The notes beneath the pieces were generated by a model that ran no database searches, had not been told where the DNA came from, and saw only the letters and a list, made by a program, of their open reading frames with translations. Of a stretch of 27,137 nt of DNA, positions 15,245-23,286 are shown piece by piece. A program made the translations under genes and the position numbers. Source of the stretch: a virus (lineage: Duplodnaviria; Caudoviricetes); IMG/VR virus record IMGVR_UViG_3300032332_000598, positions 1 to 27,137 of that record. One strand, written 5' to 3'. Every line of letters begins with the position of its first letter. The stretch's first letter is position 1.

Positions 15245-18211
15245 ATGGCTAATTTAGAGTTAAAAGATTTGCTTCCTGGAAAAACATATTATGTTCAAGT
15301 AAGAGCAAAAAATAAAGACGGTGAATTTTCTGAATGGTCTCAGACAGTACCTTTTACTGCCCCAGGAAATTATTCTGCAGAACTTCCAAATACATATGGA
15401 AATACCGTTGGTAGCAATACAACTCAATCTGGTGCTATTAAATCTATTACCTTTAATGGAACTTTAAACTCAGATTGGAGTATTAAAACTGCTTCTGGTC
15501 AAATTGATCCAGCCTATGTTGGTACAACTGGATGGGTAATTGATTATGTTGGAAATGCAATCTTTACAAATGCTTATGTAAAGGGAAAAATAGTTGCAGA
15601 ATCTGGAACTATTGGTGGTTTCAATATTGGAACAACTAGCCTTTTTACTAATGATGGACAATTTTCATTAGACACTACAAATAAAAAACTTATTTTAGGT
15701 ACTGGAAATACAATTGTTGTTGCTGATGCCGATGAAGGAATTTGGGCTGGCAATGCAACACTTGCATCAGCCCCATTTAGTGTAACAAGAGCAGGAGTAA
15801 TTTATTCAACTTCAGGAACTATTGGTGGTTGGAATTTAGCATCTGAAGAAATTTATTCTGGTTCTGGATTATCTAAAATTTCTTTAAGTAGTGCTAATGG
15901 TAAAATTACAATTGGTACTGGTAATCATGGTTCTGTTGATACAGGTTTTTACACTGATTCTGCTGGAAAATTTTCATTATCTAATCAATTAATTTTTAAT
16001 CCAGGTTCTGGAGTTGGTACATCTTTAAATACAACTGGAACATTTACAACTTCTGCAGCAACAATTACAGTTCCTTCTGGATTAACAATTATTAAAGGAA
16101 TGACTGTAACTGGAACTGGTATTGATACAAATACATATGTGACAAATGTTTCTGGAACAACTATAACTATTAATAAAGTACCACTATCTAATCAAACTGG
16201 AATAGCACTTACTTTTGTCCTAGACGATTTTGCAGAACTTCAAGTTGTTGGAAGAATTAAAGGTGTTATTGATTCTACACAAATTATTGGTAGTCCAAGA
16301 TTATCAACAACAATTTCTCAAGTTGTTGTTTCTGGTACATCTCCAAATCAAACAGCAGTCATTACAACTTCTGGTCATGCGTTCATTGCTAATGAAAAAA
16401 TTCTTATTGAAAGTCTTCCTGTGACTAATGGATTAAATAATTTAAATAGAGAATTTGTTATTAATACAGTTACAGATAGTATAACTTTATCCATAAGTTT
16501 ATCTGGGGTTACTGGAGTAACTTCATCAACTACATCAAGTTTATCTGGAGTGGCGACATTAAGAGAATTAACTATGGGTTTACACCCACTTGAATCGTCA
16601 GGAACTAGTTATGAACATTCTCAAGGAACTGGAATTAGGCTTGATAAATATAATTGGTGGTTTACAAATAATCAATTCCGTATAGGTACAAGTGGGTCTT
16701 ATTTGAAGTGGGATGGTTCAAAATTTGTTATTTCGGGTGCTAATAGTACATCTGGATATAACTTACAAATGGGTATTGGTCCAACTTCTGGAACCAATTA
16801 TTATTCTATTGTTCAAGCAGGTCAAACTCCAACATATAATACAACAACTACTCCATTTTATGTTGATGATATAGGTAAATTTAGTTTGGGTCAAAAATTA
16901 ACTTTTGATGAAAGTGGCAACCTTACTATTAATGGAAGTGGAACATTTAGTGGTTCACTAAGTGCTGCTACTGGAACATTTAGTGGTTCCCTAAGTGCTG
17001 CTACTGGAACATTTAGTGGTTCCCTAAGTGCTGCTACTGGAACATTTAGTGGTGCTTTAAGTGGAGGAACTATTAGTATTGGTTCTGGAAACTCTATTTT
17101 TAAAGCAGATACTAACGGAATATATTTAGGAAATGCTACATTTGGATCTGCCCCATTTAGAGTAACGGCTGCAGGTGCATTAACTGCAACTGGTGCTACA
17201 ATTTCTGGAGTAATTACAGCAACCTCTGGTTCTTTTACTGGAGCAATTACAGCAACTTCTGGAACATTTACTGGAACAGTTAATGCTTCTTCAGGATCAT
17301 TTAGTGGATATGTCACTACAACATCTTTAGCAAGATTTGGAACAAATATTAGTGGTGTATATGATGGTTTGTGGTTAAATGCTTATAATTATTTTATGAC
17401 CAATGGAACTGCAGTTATTTTTCGTGCTGGTAACTCAACTAATTATTTAGCAATGAATAGTACAGATACTAGTACAAGATTACAAATTGATACTAGTAAT
17501 AGTACATATGCTGTTGAAGTTGGTGGTTCAGTAAGAGCAACTACTTTTTATGGAACACTTTCAGGAACTGCAACTAACGCAGGAACACTTGACTCCCTTA
17601 ACTCTACATCATTTTTAAGATCAGATGCCGCAGATACTTGGGCTGGCTCAACTCTATCATTTCTTCCTACAGGCGCAGCACAATACCTGGCTTTTGATGG
17701 TGGTTATACTGATACTTCAAATGATCCTATTCTTACAGCAACAGGTACTGCTCATACTTTTGGAAGAATTGGTAGACCAGGAAATAGAATGTATGCTGGA
17801 TATTTTAGTTTGCTTTATTCTGGAACAACATCAATTACATCTGATATAAGAGAAAAAACAAATATAGAAAATTCAGATTTAGGCTTAGATTTTATAAATA
17901 TGCTTAGACCAGTAAAATATAAAATGATTAATGGAATTAAAAAAGAATTTGATACTGAGGGCAATATTATTGAAAATTTACCTGGAACAAGATGGCATTA
18001 TGGTTTGATTGCACAAGAATTAAAGGAAATTTTAGATAGTTATAGTTTAGATTCTGCAATGTGGTCAATAGAAGATTTTGAAACAAATCCAGATGGAAAA
18101 CAAGCAATTTCTTATAATCAAATAGTTTCTCCTTTAATTAAAGCAGTTCAAGAACTTTCAGAAAATATAGAAATATTAAAAAATAAAATTGCATTGTTAG
18201 AAAATAAATAG
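15245..18211 (+). CDS. Tail fibre / receptor-binding protein with a C-terminal intramolecular chaperone (peptidase S74-like)
   Basis: Has an N-terminal FN3-like fragment and Gly/Thr/Ser beta repeats (SGTIGGW/F, GTFSG). The C-terminus is TSDIREKTNIENSDLGLDFINMLRPVKY...HYGLIAQE...YNQIVSPLIKAVQEL followed by a coiled coil. Confidence 0.85.
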   Translation: MANLELKDLLPGKTYYVQVRAKNKDGEFSEWSQTVPFTAPGNYSAELPNTYGNTVGSNTTQSGAIKSITFNGTLNSDWSIKTASGQIDPAYVGTTGWVIDYVGNAIFTNAYVKGKIVAESGTIGGFNIGTTSLFTNDGQFSLDTTNKKLILGTGNTIVVADADEGIWAGNATLASAPFSVTRAGVIYSTSGTIGGWNLASEEIYSGSGLSKISLSSANGKITIGTGNHGSVDTGFYTDSAGKFSLSNQLIFNPGSGVGTSLNTTGTFTTSAATITVPSGLTIIKGMTVTGTGIDTNTYVTNVSGTTITINKVPLSNQTGIALTFVLDDFAELQVVGRIKGVIDSTQIIGSPRLSTTISQVVVSGTSPNQTAVITTSGHAFIANEKILIESLPVTNGLNNLNREFVINTVTDSITLSISLSGVTGVTSSTTSSLSGVATLRELTMGLHPLESSGTSYEHSQGTGIRLDKYNWWFTNNQFRIGTSGSYLKWDGSKFVISGANSTSGYNLQMGIGPTSGTNYYSIVQAGQTPTYNTTTTPFYVDDIGKFSLGQKLTFDESGNLTINGSGTFSGSLSAATGTFSGSLSAATGTFSGSLSAATGTFSGALSGGTISIGSGNSIFKADTNGIYLGNATFGSAPFRVTAAGALTATGATISGVITATSGSFTGAITATSGTFTGTVNASSGSFSGYVTTTSLARFGTNISGVYDGLWLNAYNYFMTNGTAVIFRAGNSTNYLAMNSTDTSTRLQIDTSNSTYAVEVGGSVRATTFYGTLSGTATNAGTLDSLNSTSFLRSDAADTWAGSTLSFLPTGAAQYLAFDGGYTDTSNDPILTATGTAHTFGRIGRPGNRMYAGYFSLLYSGTTSITSDIREKTNIENSDLGLDFINMLRPVKYKMINGIKKEFDTEGNIIENLPGTRWHYGLIAQELKEILDSYSLDSAMWSIEDFETNPDGKQAISYNQIVSPLIKAVQELSENIEILKNKIALLENK
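16940..17062 (+). repeat. 33-bp in-frame tandem repeat (GTFSGSLSAAT x3 plus a partial copy)
   Basis: GGAACATTTAGTGGTTC(A/C)CTAAGTGCTGCTACT occurs at 16940, 16973 and 17006, with a partial copy at 17039. Confidence 0.95.
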
Positions 18212-18217
18212 TATAAT
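18189..18217 (+). promoter_or_regulatory. Sigma70-type promoter TTGCAT-17-TATAAT
   Basis: TTGCAT 18189-18194 and TATAAT 18212-18217 with a 17-bp spacer, upstream of ORF 18242. Confidence 0.5.
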
Positions 18218-18241
18218 AAATAAGACACGAAAGGAAATTAT

Positions 18242-18421
18242 ATGTCACAAGATAAGACACTTGAACTAGTTGTTCAGGAACTACAAAATCGTATTGGTCA
18301 GATTACCAGTAATTATGAAACACAAATGGCTGTACTTAAAGCACAGGCACAACAGGAAATTGAAGCAAGAGATGCTAAAATTGAAGAACTTTCAAAAGAA
18401 GAAGAAAAGGGTAAGAAGTAA
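18242..18421 (+). CDS. Small coiled-coil hypothetical protein (59 aa)
   Basis: AAGGA SD followed by MSQDKTLELVVQELQNRIGQITSNYETQMAVLKAQAQQEIEARDAKIEELSKEEEKGKK*. It fills the gap after the tail fibre and is too short for the ORF track. Confidence 0.8.
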   Translation: MSQDKTLELVVQELQNRIGQITSNYETQMAVLKAQAQQEIEARDAKIEELSKEEEKGKK

Positions 18422-18440
18422 TTCTTACCCCACTTTCTAA

Positions 18441-18451
18441 TGTGGTAAAAT
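18441..18451 (+). promoter_or_regulatory. Extended -10 promoter (TGTGGTAAAAT)
   Basis: Intergenic TGnTAAAAT upstream of a GAGGT SD and ATG 18468. Confidence 0.5.
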
Positions 18452-18467
18452 ATAACAGAGGTAAATT

Positions 18468-18914
18468 ATGAGCAATTTTAACGGTCAAGGATATTTTACA
18501 TTATCAGATTTAGATAGTCTAGATAGAAGGCTTGCACAACTTGAAGCATCATTGGGTGTTGTAACTAGTACAGATTCTAGAGATAGCGATTTAGTATTTT
18601 ATCGTAATGCTAAAGCAAATGCATCTGCTAAATCAACTCTTTTAAATATTGTAAATGCAGGATTTGAAGTTTTAAGACTACAAATGAATGTAAAGCAAAC
18701 AACAATGAAAGTAACATTTGGTCAAGATTTTATTGAACCACCAGTAGTGCTTGCAGGTGCAGATGCTTATGCAGAAGATTATGCAGCATTTGTTGATGAT
18801 GTTACTACATCTGGATGTACTATTAGATTAGTAAAAATAAAAGATAAACTTGGCAAGGCTCATGGTAAAACTGAATATGTAAATATTATTGCAGTAGGAA
18901 AAACTAGAGATTAA
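18468..18914 (+). CDS. Putative small fibre protein with a lectin-like (H-type/gp53-like) C-terminal beta domain
   Basis: Short N-terminal coiled coil (LDRRLAQLEA). The C-terminal VTFGQDFIEPPVVLAG...VTTSGCTIRL...VNIIAVG pattern is common at phage fibre C-termini. Confidence 0.55.
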   Translation: MSNFNGQGYFTLSDLDSLDRRLAQLEASLGVVTSTDSRDSDLVFYRNAKANASAKSTLLNIVNAGFEVLRLQMNVKQTTMKVTFGQDFIEPPVVLAGADAYAEDYAAFVDDVTTSGCTIRLVKIKDKLGKAHGKTEYVNIIAVGKTRD

Positions 18915-19168
18915 TGATTAATCTTTCCCTAGATAAGCGTAAAAAACGCATGGGGGAAGAAGGTTATATTTTAGTTTATGTTCCAGAACATCCCAAATCT
19001 TTTAATGGTTGGTACTATGAACATAGAGTTGTTATAGAACAAAATATTAATAGGTTTCTTAATAAATGGGAGACTGTACACCATATTAATGGAAATAAAC
19101 AAGATAATAGAATAAAAAATTTATTTGTTTGCGTTGAATATCAACACAAAAAAGCACACAATTCTTGA
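18914..19168 (+). CDS. HNH endonuclease (small, HNH_3-like)
   Basis: GYILVYVPEHP...YEHRVVIEQ...ETVHHINGNKQDNRIKNL...H. Confidence 0.85.
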   Translation: MINLSLDKRKKRMGEEGYILVYVPEHPKSFNGWYYEHRVVIEQNINRFLNKWETVHHINGNKQDNRIKNLFVCVEYQHKKAHNS

Positions 19169-19194
19169 CAAAAATAAACAATAAATAGTATACT
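19165..19194 (+). promoter_or_regulatory. Sigma70-type promoter TTGACA-18-TATACT
   Basis: Consensus -35 at 19165-19170 and -10 at 19189-19194, upstream of the phosphoesterase. Confidence 0.7.
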
Positions 19195-19223
19195 AATAAT
19201 TGAACTACTAGAAAGGTAGACAA

Positions 19224-19982
19224 TTGACAAACGATTTAAAATGGATGATGGTTAGTGATGTTCACTTTCCACGCCATGACCCTCGTAAAGTTGAACTGTT
19301 TCTTAAGGTTATGAAAGCATGGAAGCCAGATGCGGTTGACTTACTTGGAGATATCGATGATGCAGATTCTACTAGTCGTTGGGCAGCAGATTCTCCTTTA
19401 GAATTTACTGTACCAATTTCCGATGGTGGTGTAACAGCAACAAAAGAATTTCTACATGAAATCAATAAGATAGTACCAAAGGCTGATAAACATTTTCATG
19501 ATGGGAATCATGGATGGACTCGTCACGGAGACTACCTTGCAAAGAAGGCTCCAGCATTTCTTGACCTAATTAGTCCAGAATCGTTATATGATTACAAGAA
19601 TGCTGGTTTTGATTGGCACTATTATAATCAGCCACCAGTAAAACGCTTTGGAGATATGTATGCTCATCATGGTGAGTCTATTTCTAAACATGCTGGAGAA
19701 TCTGTGCGTAATGATGTTAATAATTTTGGCGTATCACTTGTTCGTGGTCATTCTCATAGAATGGGAGCATACTATCAAACATATGATATGACTGGACAAG
19801 AGTTAAGAGGATTTGAGATTGGTCATCTATGTGATCCAAATCAAATGGATTATTCTTTACAAAAAAATTGGCAAGCAGGTTTTGCTGTAGCACATGTTGT
19901 AAATGGATATCCACATATGCAATTAATTCAAATAACAAGAGACTACACATGTGTAGTTGATGGTAAGATATTCCAGGTATAG
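19224..19982 (+). CDS. Calcineurin-like metallophosphoesterase
   Basis: All five family motifs are present: SDVH, GDIDD, GNHG, HHGE and GHSHR. Confidence 0.9.
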   Translation: MTNDLKWMMVSDVHFPRHDPRKVELFLKVMKAWKPDAVDLLGDIDDADSTSRWAADSPLEFTVPISDGGVTATKEFLHEINKIVPKADKHFHDGNHGWTRHGDYLAKKAPAFLDLISPESLYDYKNAGFDWHYYNQPPVKRFGDMYAHHGESISKHAGESVRNDVNNFGVSLVRGHSHRMGAYYQTYDMTGQELRGFEIGHLCDPNQMDYSLQKNWQAGFAVAHVVNGYPHMQLIQITRDYTCVVDGKIFQV

Positions 19983-19993
19983 GAGATATAAAA

Positions 19994-20398
19994 ATGGAAT
20001 TAACAACAGTAGCAATTACTGGTATCATTGTCAGCGTACTTACATCGCTATTTAAGACAGTGAATCTAAAAAAGTCCCAGCGAAGTGTTTTGGCACTAGT
20101 TATGAGTATTTTGGGCGGTGTAGGAATGACACTAATTAATGGTGAAACTCTAAGCGTAGATACCTTAGCAAATACAATTGTTGCAACATTTGCTGCAGCA
20201 CAGGTTGTTTATGTTGGTGTTCTTAAGAATACTAGCCTAAATGGATCACTCGAAGCAATTAATATCTTTAGTTCAAAAAACAAAGATGTTGTTAGTAGTG
20301 TTGCAAAAAATGCAGAAAATATTGCTAAAGTGGCAACTAAGAAAAAGGCTCCTGCAGTGAAGTCTACTACAAAGACTGCAAATAAGACTCAGGTCTAA
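19994..20398 (+). CDS. Putative holin / small membrane protein
   Basis: Three hydrophobic segments (VAITGIIVSVLTSLF, VLALVMSILGGVGM, IVATFAAAQVVYVGVL) and a basic hydrophilic C-terminus. AGGAG SD. Confidence 0.6.
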   Translation: MELTTVAITGIIVSVLTSLFKTVNLKKSQRSVLALVMSILGGVGMTLINGETLSVDTLANTIVATFAAAQVVYVGVLKNTSLNGSLEAINIFSSKNKDVVSSVAKNAENIAKVATKKKAPAVKSTTKTANKTQV

Positions 20399-20407
20399 AA
20401 TACATTA

Positions 20408-20448
20408 TATGGGTAGGTGAATGTATTTTATGCATTTACCTACCCATA
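20408..20448 (+). terminator. Long stem-loop between the late/lysis and replication modules
   Basis: TATGGGTAGGTGAATGTAT-TTT-ATGCATTTACCTACCCATA forms a 19-bp stem with two G-U pairs and no U-tract. Confidence 0.6.
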
Positions 20449-20475
20449 ATAGTATAGAGATAGTGGATTTTAAAA

Positions 20476-20988
20476 ATGTCTAAAAGAAAAAAAGGTAAAA
20501 AGCAAAGAGTAAAATACTTTTTTGCAAATCAAGAACTTCATAAGATTCTAAGACTCTCTAGAGGAGAAGATCTTGTTATAGCCTGGAATTATCCACAAGC
20601 AAAGCGTGTTGCATATGTCTGGAGTAATATTCAATCAAAAATGCAACATGCTTATTCTATTACAAATGTATCTAAAATTTTAAATAGACACCCAACTATT
20701 TTAAAAGGGTATATTAAGTCTGGTTCAGTTAGAACAGTTCAAAAAACATATAGTATTGACGAAAGAAAAGCACCTGGAGTATACTATATGAGTGAAGATG
20801 ATGTACGAGAAATGCATTCATTTCTTTTAACAGTAAGTCGTGGTAGACCTAGAAAAGATGGTCAAACAGTAATATCTAACCTTCCAACAAAAGCCGAACT
20901 TGAGGCTATACTTAGACAAGAAACAATATTATATATAAAAACTGAACAAGGGGAATTTAGTCCTGTTTGGAAGCAACCAGAATGGTAG
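20476..20988 (+). CDS. Putative DNA-binding (HTH/excisionase-like) protein
   Basis: Basic protein with YSITNVSKILNRHPTILKGYIKSG (HTH-like) and an AT-hook-like GRPRK. Confidence 0.6.
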   Translation: MSKRKKGKKQRVKYFFANQELHKILRLSRGEDLVIAWNYPQAKRVAYVWSNIQSKMQHAYSITNVSKILNRHPTILKGYIKSGSVRTVQKTYSIDERKAPGVYYMSEDDVREMHSFLLTVSRGRPRKDGQTVISNLPTKAELEAILRQETILYIKTEQGEFSPVWKQPEW

Positions 20989-20992
20989 GGAC

Positions 20993-21217
20993 ATGAACGA
21001 ATTTTATAAAGAAATAATGAATCAATCAATTCAGTATTGTGCTGATTCTCTTAGATTAGCAAAACAACTAGCAAAACAAAATAGGGATGTAGAGGCTCTT
21101 ATTATCATTGCAGAAAGATATGCAACTTTTGCAGGTAAATTAAAAGACATTGACAAAGGTGGTAACTTTATGTTAGGATTTAATACTATAGTAGAAGAGG
21201 AAGATATAAATGAATGA
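20993..21217 (+). CDS. Hypothetical protein
   Basis: 74-aa ORF tightly packed in the operon. Confidence 0.65.
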   Translation: MNEFYKEIMNQSIQYCADSLRLAKQLAKQNRDVEALIIIAERYATFAGKLKDIDKGGNFMLGFNTIVEEEDINE

Positions 21218-21419
21218 TGCAACACATGTTCGTGTGGATTTACATTATACAAAAAATTTAGGGAACTACGAGTCTTTGCGTATTGGAATTGCTGTTGAAG
21301 ATTTTTTACGACAGGGTGAATCTGTAGATGCAGCAACCGAAAGAGTTTATGAATTTGTTGAAAGCAAATTAGTAGATAAGGTTAAGCAGGTTACAGAGGA
21401 TCTAAATAATGGCAAGTGA
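21210..21419 (+). CDS. Hypothetical phage protein
   Basis: 69-aa ORF (YTKNLGNYESLRI) with a GAGG SD, overlapping both neighbours. Confidence 0.75.
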   Translation: MNDATHVRVDLHYTKNLGNYESLRIGIAVEDFLRQGESVDAATERVYEFVESKLVDKVKQVTEDLNNGK

Positions 21420-21756
21420 TAATACTAAATATGGTCATGCCTTAATTAAACATTATCTTTCTCTTTATACTGATAAGTATAATAGAACTCCAACTATTAA
21501 TCAATACCGTGAGAAATGGGCTATGATTGATGTTGCAGAGTCTCTTGGATATGATCGTGCAAAAGAAGTTTTAGATTATTATTTCACAACTACAAAGCAA
21601 GGTCATCCACTACAATGGTTTTATTATAATTTTGATAAAATGGATGAAGTAATGAAAGCCACAGAAGAAGATAATGCTAGACGAGAAAGAATTAGGCAGC
21701 AGACAAAAGCAATGGTAGAGAGGGAAGAAAGTGAACATAGAATCAGCAGTAATTAG
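21409..21756 (+). CDS. Hypothetical protein (possible helicase loader / replication initiation factor)
   Basis: 115-aa helical ORF with a GAGG SD, overlapping the helicase start. Function is guessed from position only. Confidence 0.6.
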   Translation: MASDNTKYGHALIKHYLSLYTDKYNRTPTINQYREKWAMIDVAESLGYDRAKEVLDYYFTTTKQGHPLQWFYYNFDKMDEVMKATEEDNARRERIRQQTKAMVEREESEHRISSN

Positions 21757-22954
21757 TTCGGTATGTACGAACAAAGATATTTCAACCCTTATGGCAGAAA
21801 ATGTTGATGATTTCTTTCAATCACATCGGGATGTTTGGGAAGGTCTTAAGTCTTACTATTACAAATTTAAATCTGTTCCAGATAGTTCTGTTCTTCAGGA
21901 AAAGTTTAAGGATTTTGAGCCTGTAGCCACAAAAGGCGAAACAGCATACTACTTAGATCAATTGCGAAGTGAATACCTGTCGTCTAAGATTAGAAACCTA
22001 CTTCTTAAGTCTGGAAATAATCTAAAAGGTAATGCTCCTGCACGAGTTCTTTCAGAAATGCAGTCAGAGATTGCTAGTTTAACTAGACTTACAACCGCAG
22101 TAAGAGACTTAGATGTTACTGATTATCAGAATGCAGAAAAGCACCTTATAGCCCTCAGAGAGCGTTCTAAGGAGATGGGTGGTTCTCCAGGTATTTCTAC
22201 TGGTATTAAGGCTCTAGATTTAGCATATCCCACTGGAATGGCTCCAGGACACCTTATTGTGGCAATTGGTTGGGCAGGTCGTGGTAAGACATGGTTTACA
22301 TCCTACCTTGCTTGTAAGGCATGGGAACAAGGGTTTAAGCCAATGATTGTTTCGCTTGAGATGACTCCTGAAAATATGCGTGATCGTATCTATACAATGC
22401 TTGGCTCAGGTTTGTTTAGGGCTTCAGATTTTTCTCGTGGAAATATTAATATGGACGATTTTGATGCATGGGGTAAGAAGAAGTTTACTGATACTAATAA
22501 CTTTATCCTAGTATCTAATGAGGGTTCAGGAAATGTTACCCCAACAACTATTCAGGCTAAGATTGACCAGCATAAACCAGATATTGTAATTCTTGATTAT
22601 CACCAACTATTTACAGATAGTAATAACTCAAAGGCTCCAACAGAGCGTAACATGAATATTTCTCGTGAGTTTAAGAATCTTGCGGTGAGAAATAACATTC
22701 CTGTTATTGATATTACTGCTGCAACTATGGATGATATTTCAAATCAAGATGGTCCACCATTACTTTCACAAGTTGCATGGTCAAAGGCTATTGAATATGA
22801 TGCTGATATGGCATTTGCAGTACATCGTACTCCAGATACCAATATTATTGAAATTGTATCTCGTAAAAACCGTCATGGAACTGAGTTTGGATTCTATTTA
22901 GACTGGGATATTGATCGTGGTATTGTTAAAGAAATCTATGACAGTCCTCTATAA
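21731..22954 (+). CDS. dnaB: DnaB-like replicative helicase
   Basis: Walker A GWAGRGKT, SLEM motif, Walker B DIVILDY, ISREFKNLA, AIEYDAD and KNRHG. Confidence 0.92.
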   Translation: MNIESAVISSVCTNKDISTLMAENVDDFFQSHRDVWEGLKSYYYKFKSVPDSSVLQEKFKDFEPVATKGETAYYLDQLRSEYLSSKIRNLLLKSGNNLKGNAPARVLSEMQSEIASLTRLTTAVRDLDVTDYQNAEKHLIALRERSKEMGGSPGISTGIKALDLAYPTGMAPGHLIVAIGWAGRGKTWFTSYLACKAWEQGFKPMIVSLEMTPENMRDRIYTMLGSGLFRASDFSRGNINMDDFDAWGKKKFTDTNNFILVSNEGSGNVTPTTIQAKIDQHKPDIVILDYHQLFTDSNNSKAPTERNMNISREFKNLAVRNNIPVIDITAATMDDISNQDGPPLLSQVAWSKAIEYDADMAFAVHRTPDTNIIEIVSRKNRHGTEFGFYLDWDIDRGIVKEIYDSPL

Positions 22955-22956
22955 AC

Positions 22957-22965
22957 TGGTATAAT
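22957..22965 (+). promoter_or_regulatory. Extended -10 promoter (TGGTATAAT)
   Basis: Perfect TGnTATAAT just after the helicase stop, with ATGACA 16 bp upstream of TATAAT. Confidence 0.6.
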
Positions 22966-23006
22966 TATTGCTATAGTTAAATCTATAGAGTAGAACTGAA
23001 TAGGGA

Positions 23007-23285
23007 ATGGCTAAAAATATTAAAAAATTTGTCTTTGATGGAGTCATATTTGACGATTCCCATCTAGTTGGTAAAAAAGAATATTATTCTAAACTACTTG
23101 ATGATGAGATGCGAAATGTTGGCTATGTTCCTGTACTAGATCTTGACATACAATTTTTTACTTCGTATAATAGAATATTAGATAGTTACAATTTCTCAAT
23201 TCATATGTATGGTATTTATGTTGGGAAAAGAAAGGCTCAGAAAATAATTGGATTCTCTGGGCAAAACTTTATAGAGAAAGAATAA
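23007..23285 (+). CDS. Hypothetical phage protein
   Basis: 92-aa ORF (MRNVGYVPVLDLD...YGIYVGKRKA) between the helicase and primase. Confidence 0.75.
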   Translation: MAKNIKKFVFDGVIFDDSHLVGKKEYYSKLLDDEMRNVGYVPVLDLDIQFFTSYNRILDSYNFSIHMYGIYVGKRKAQKIIGFSGQNFIEKE

Positions 23286-23286
23286 A

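Noticed and set aside
8636-16560. Inserted beta-modules as inteins or DNA transposons
   Set aside because: They lack C-terminal His-Asn splice motifs, terminal inverted repeats and convincing target-site duplications. Similarity between copies is at the protein level.
16940-17062. 33-bp repeats as a CRISPR array
   Set aside because: The units are directly adjacent with no spacers, are in frame within a coding gene, and have no cas genes nearby.
15245-18914. Diversity-generating retroelement targeting the fibre genes
   Set aside because: No reverse transcriptase is present, and I saw no ~100-bp repeat pair differing only at adenines. A remote element outside the window cannot be excluded.
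18914-19168. HNH gene as a mobile intron or homing element
   Set aside because: It is free-standing, translationally coupled to the upstream gene, interrupts no gene and lacks an evident extra DNA-binding domain.
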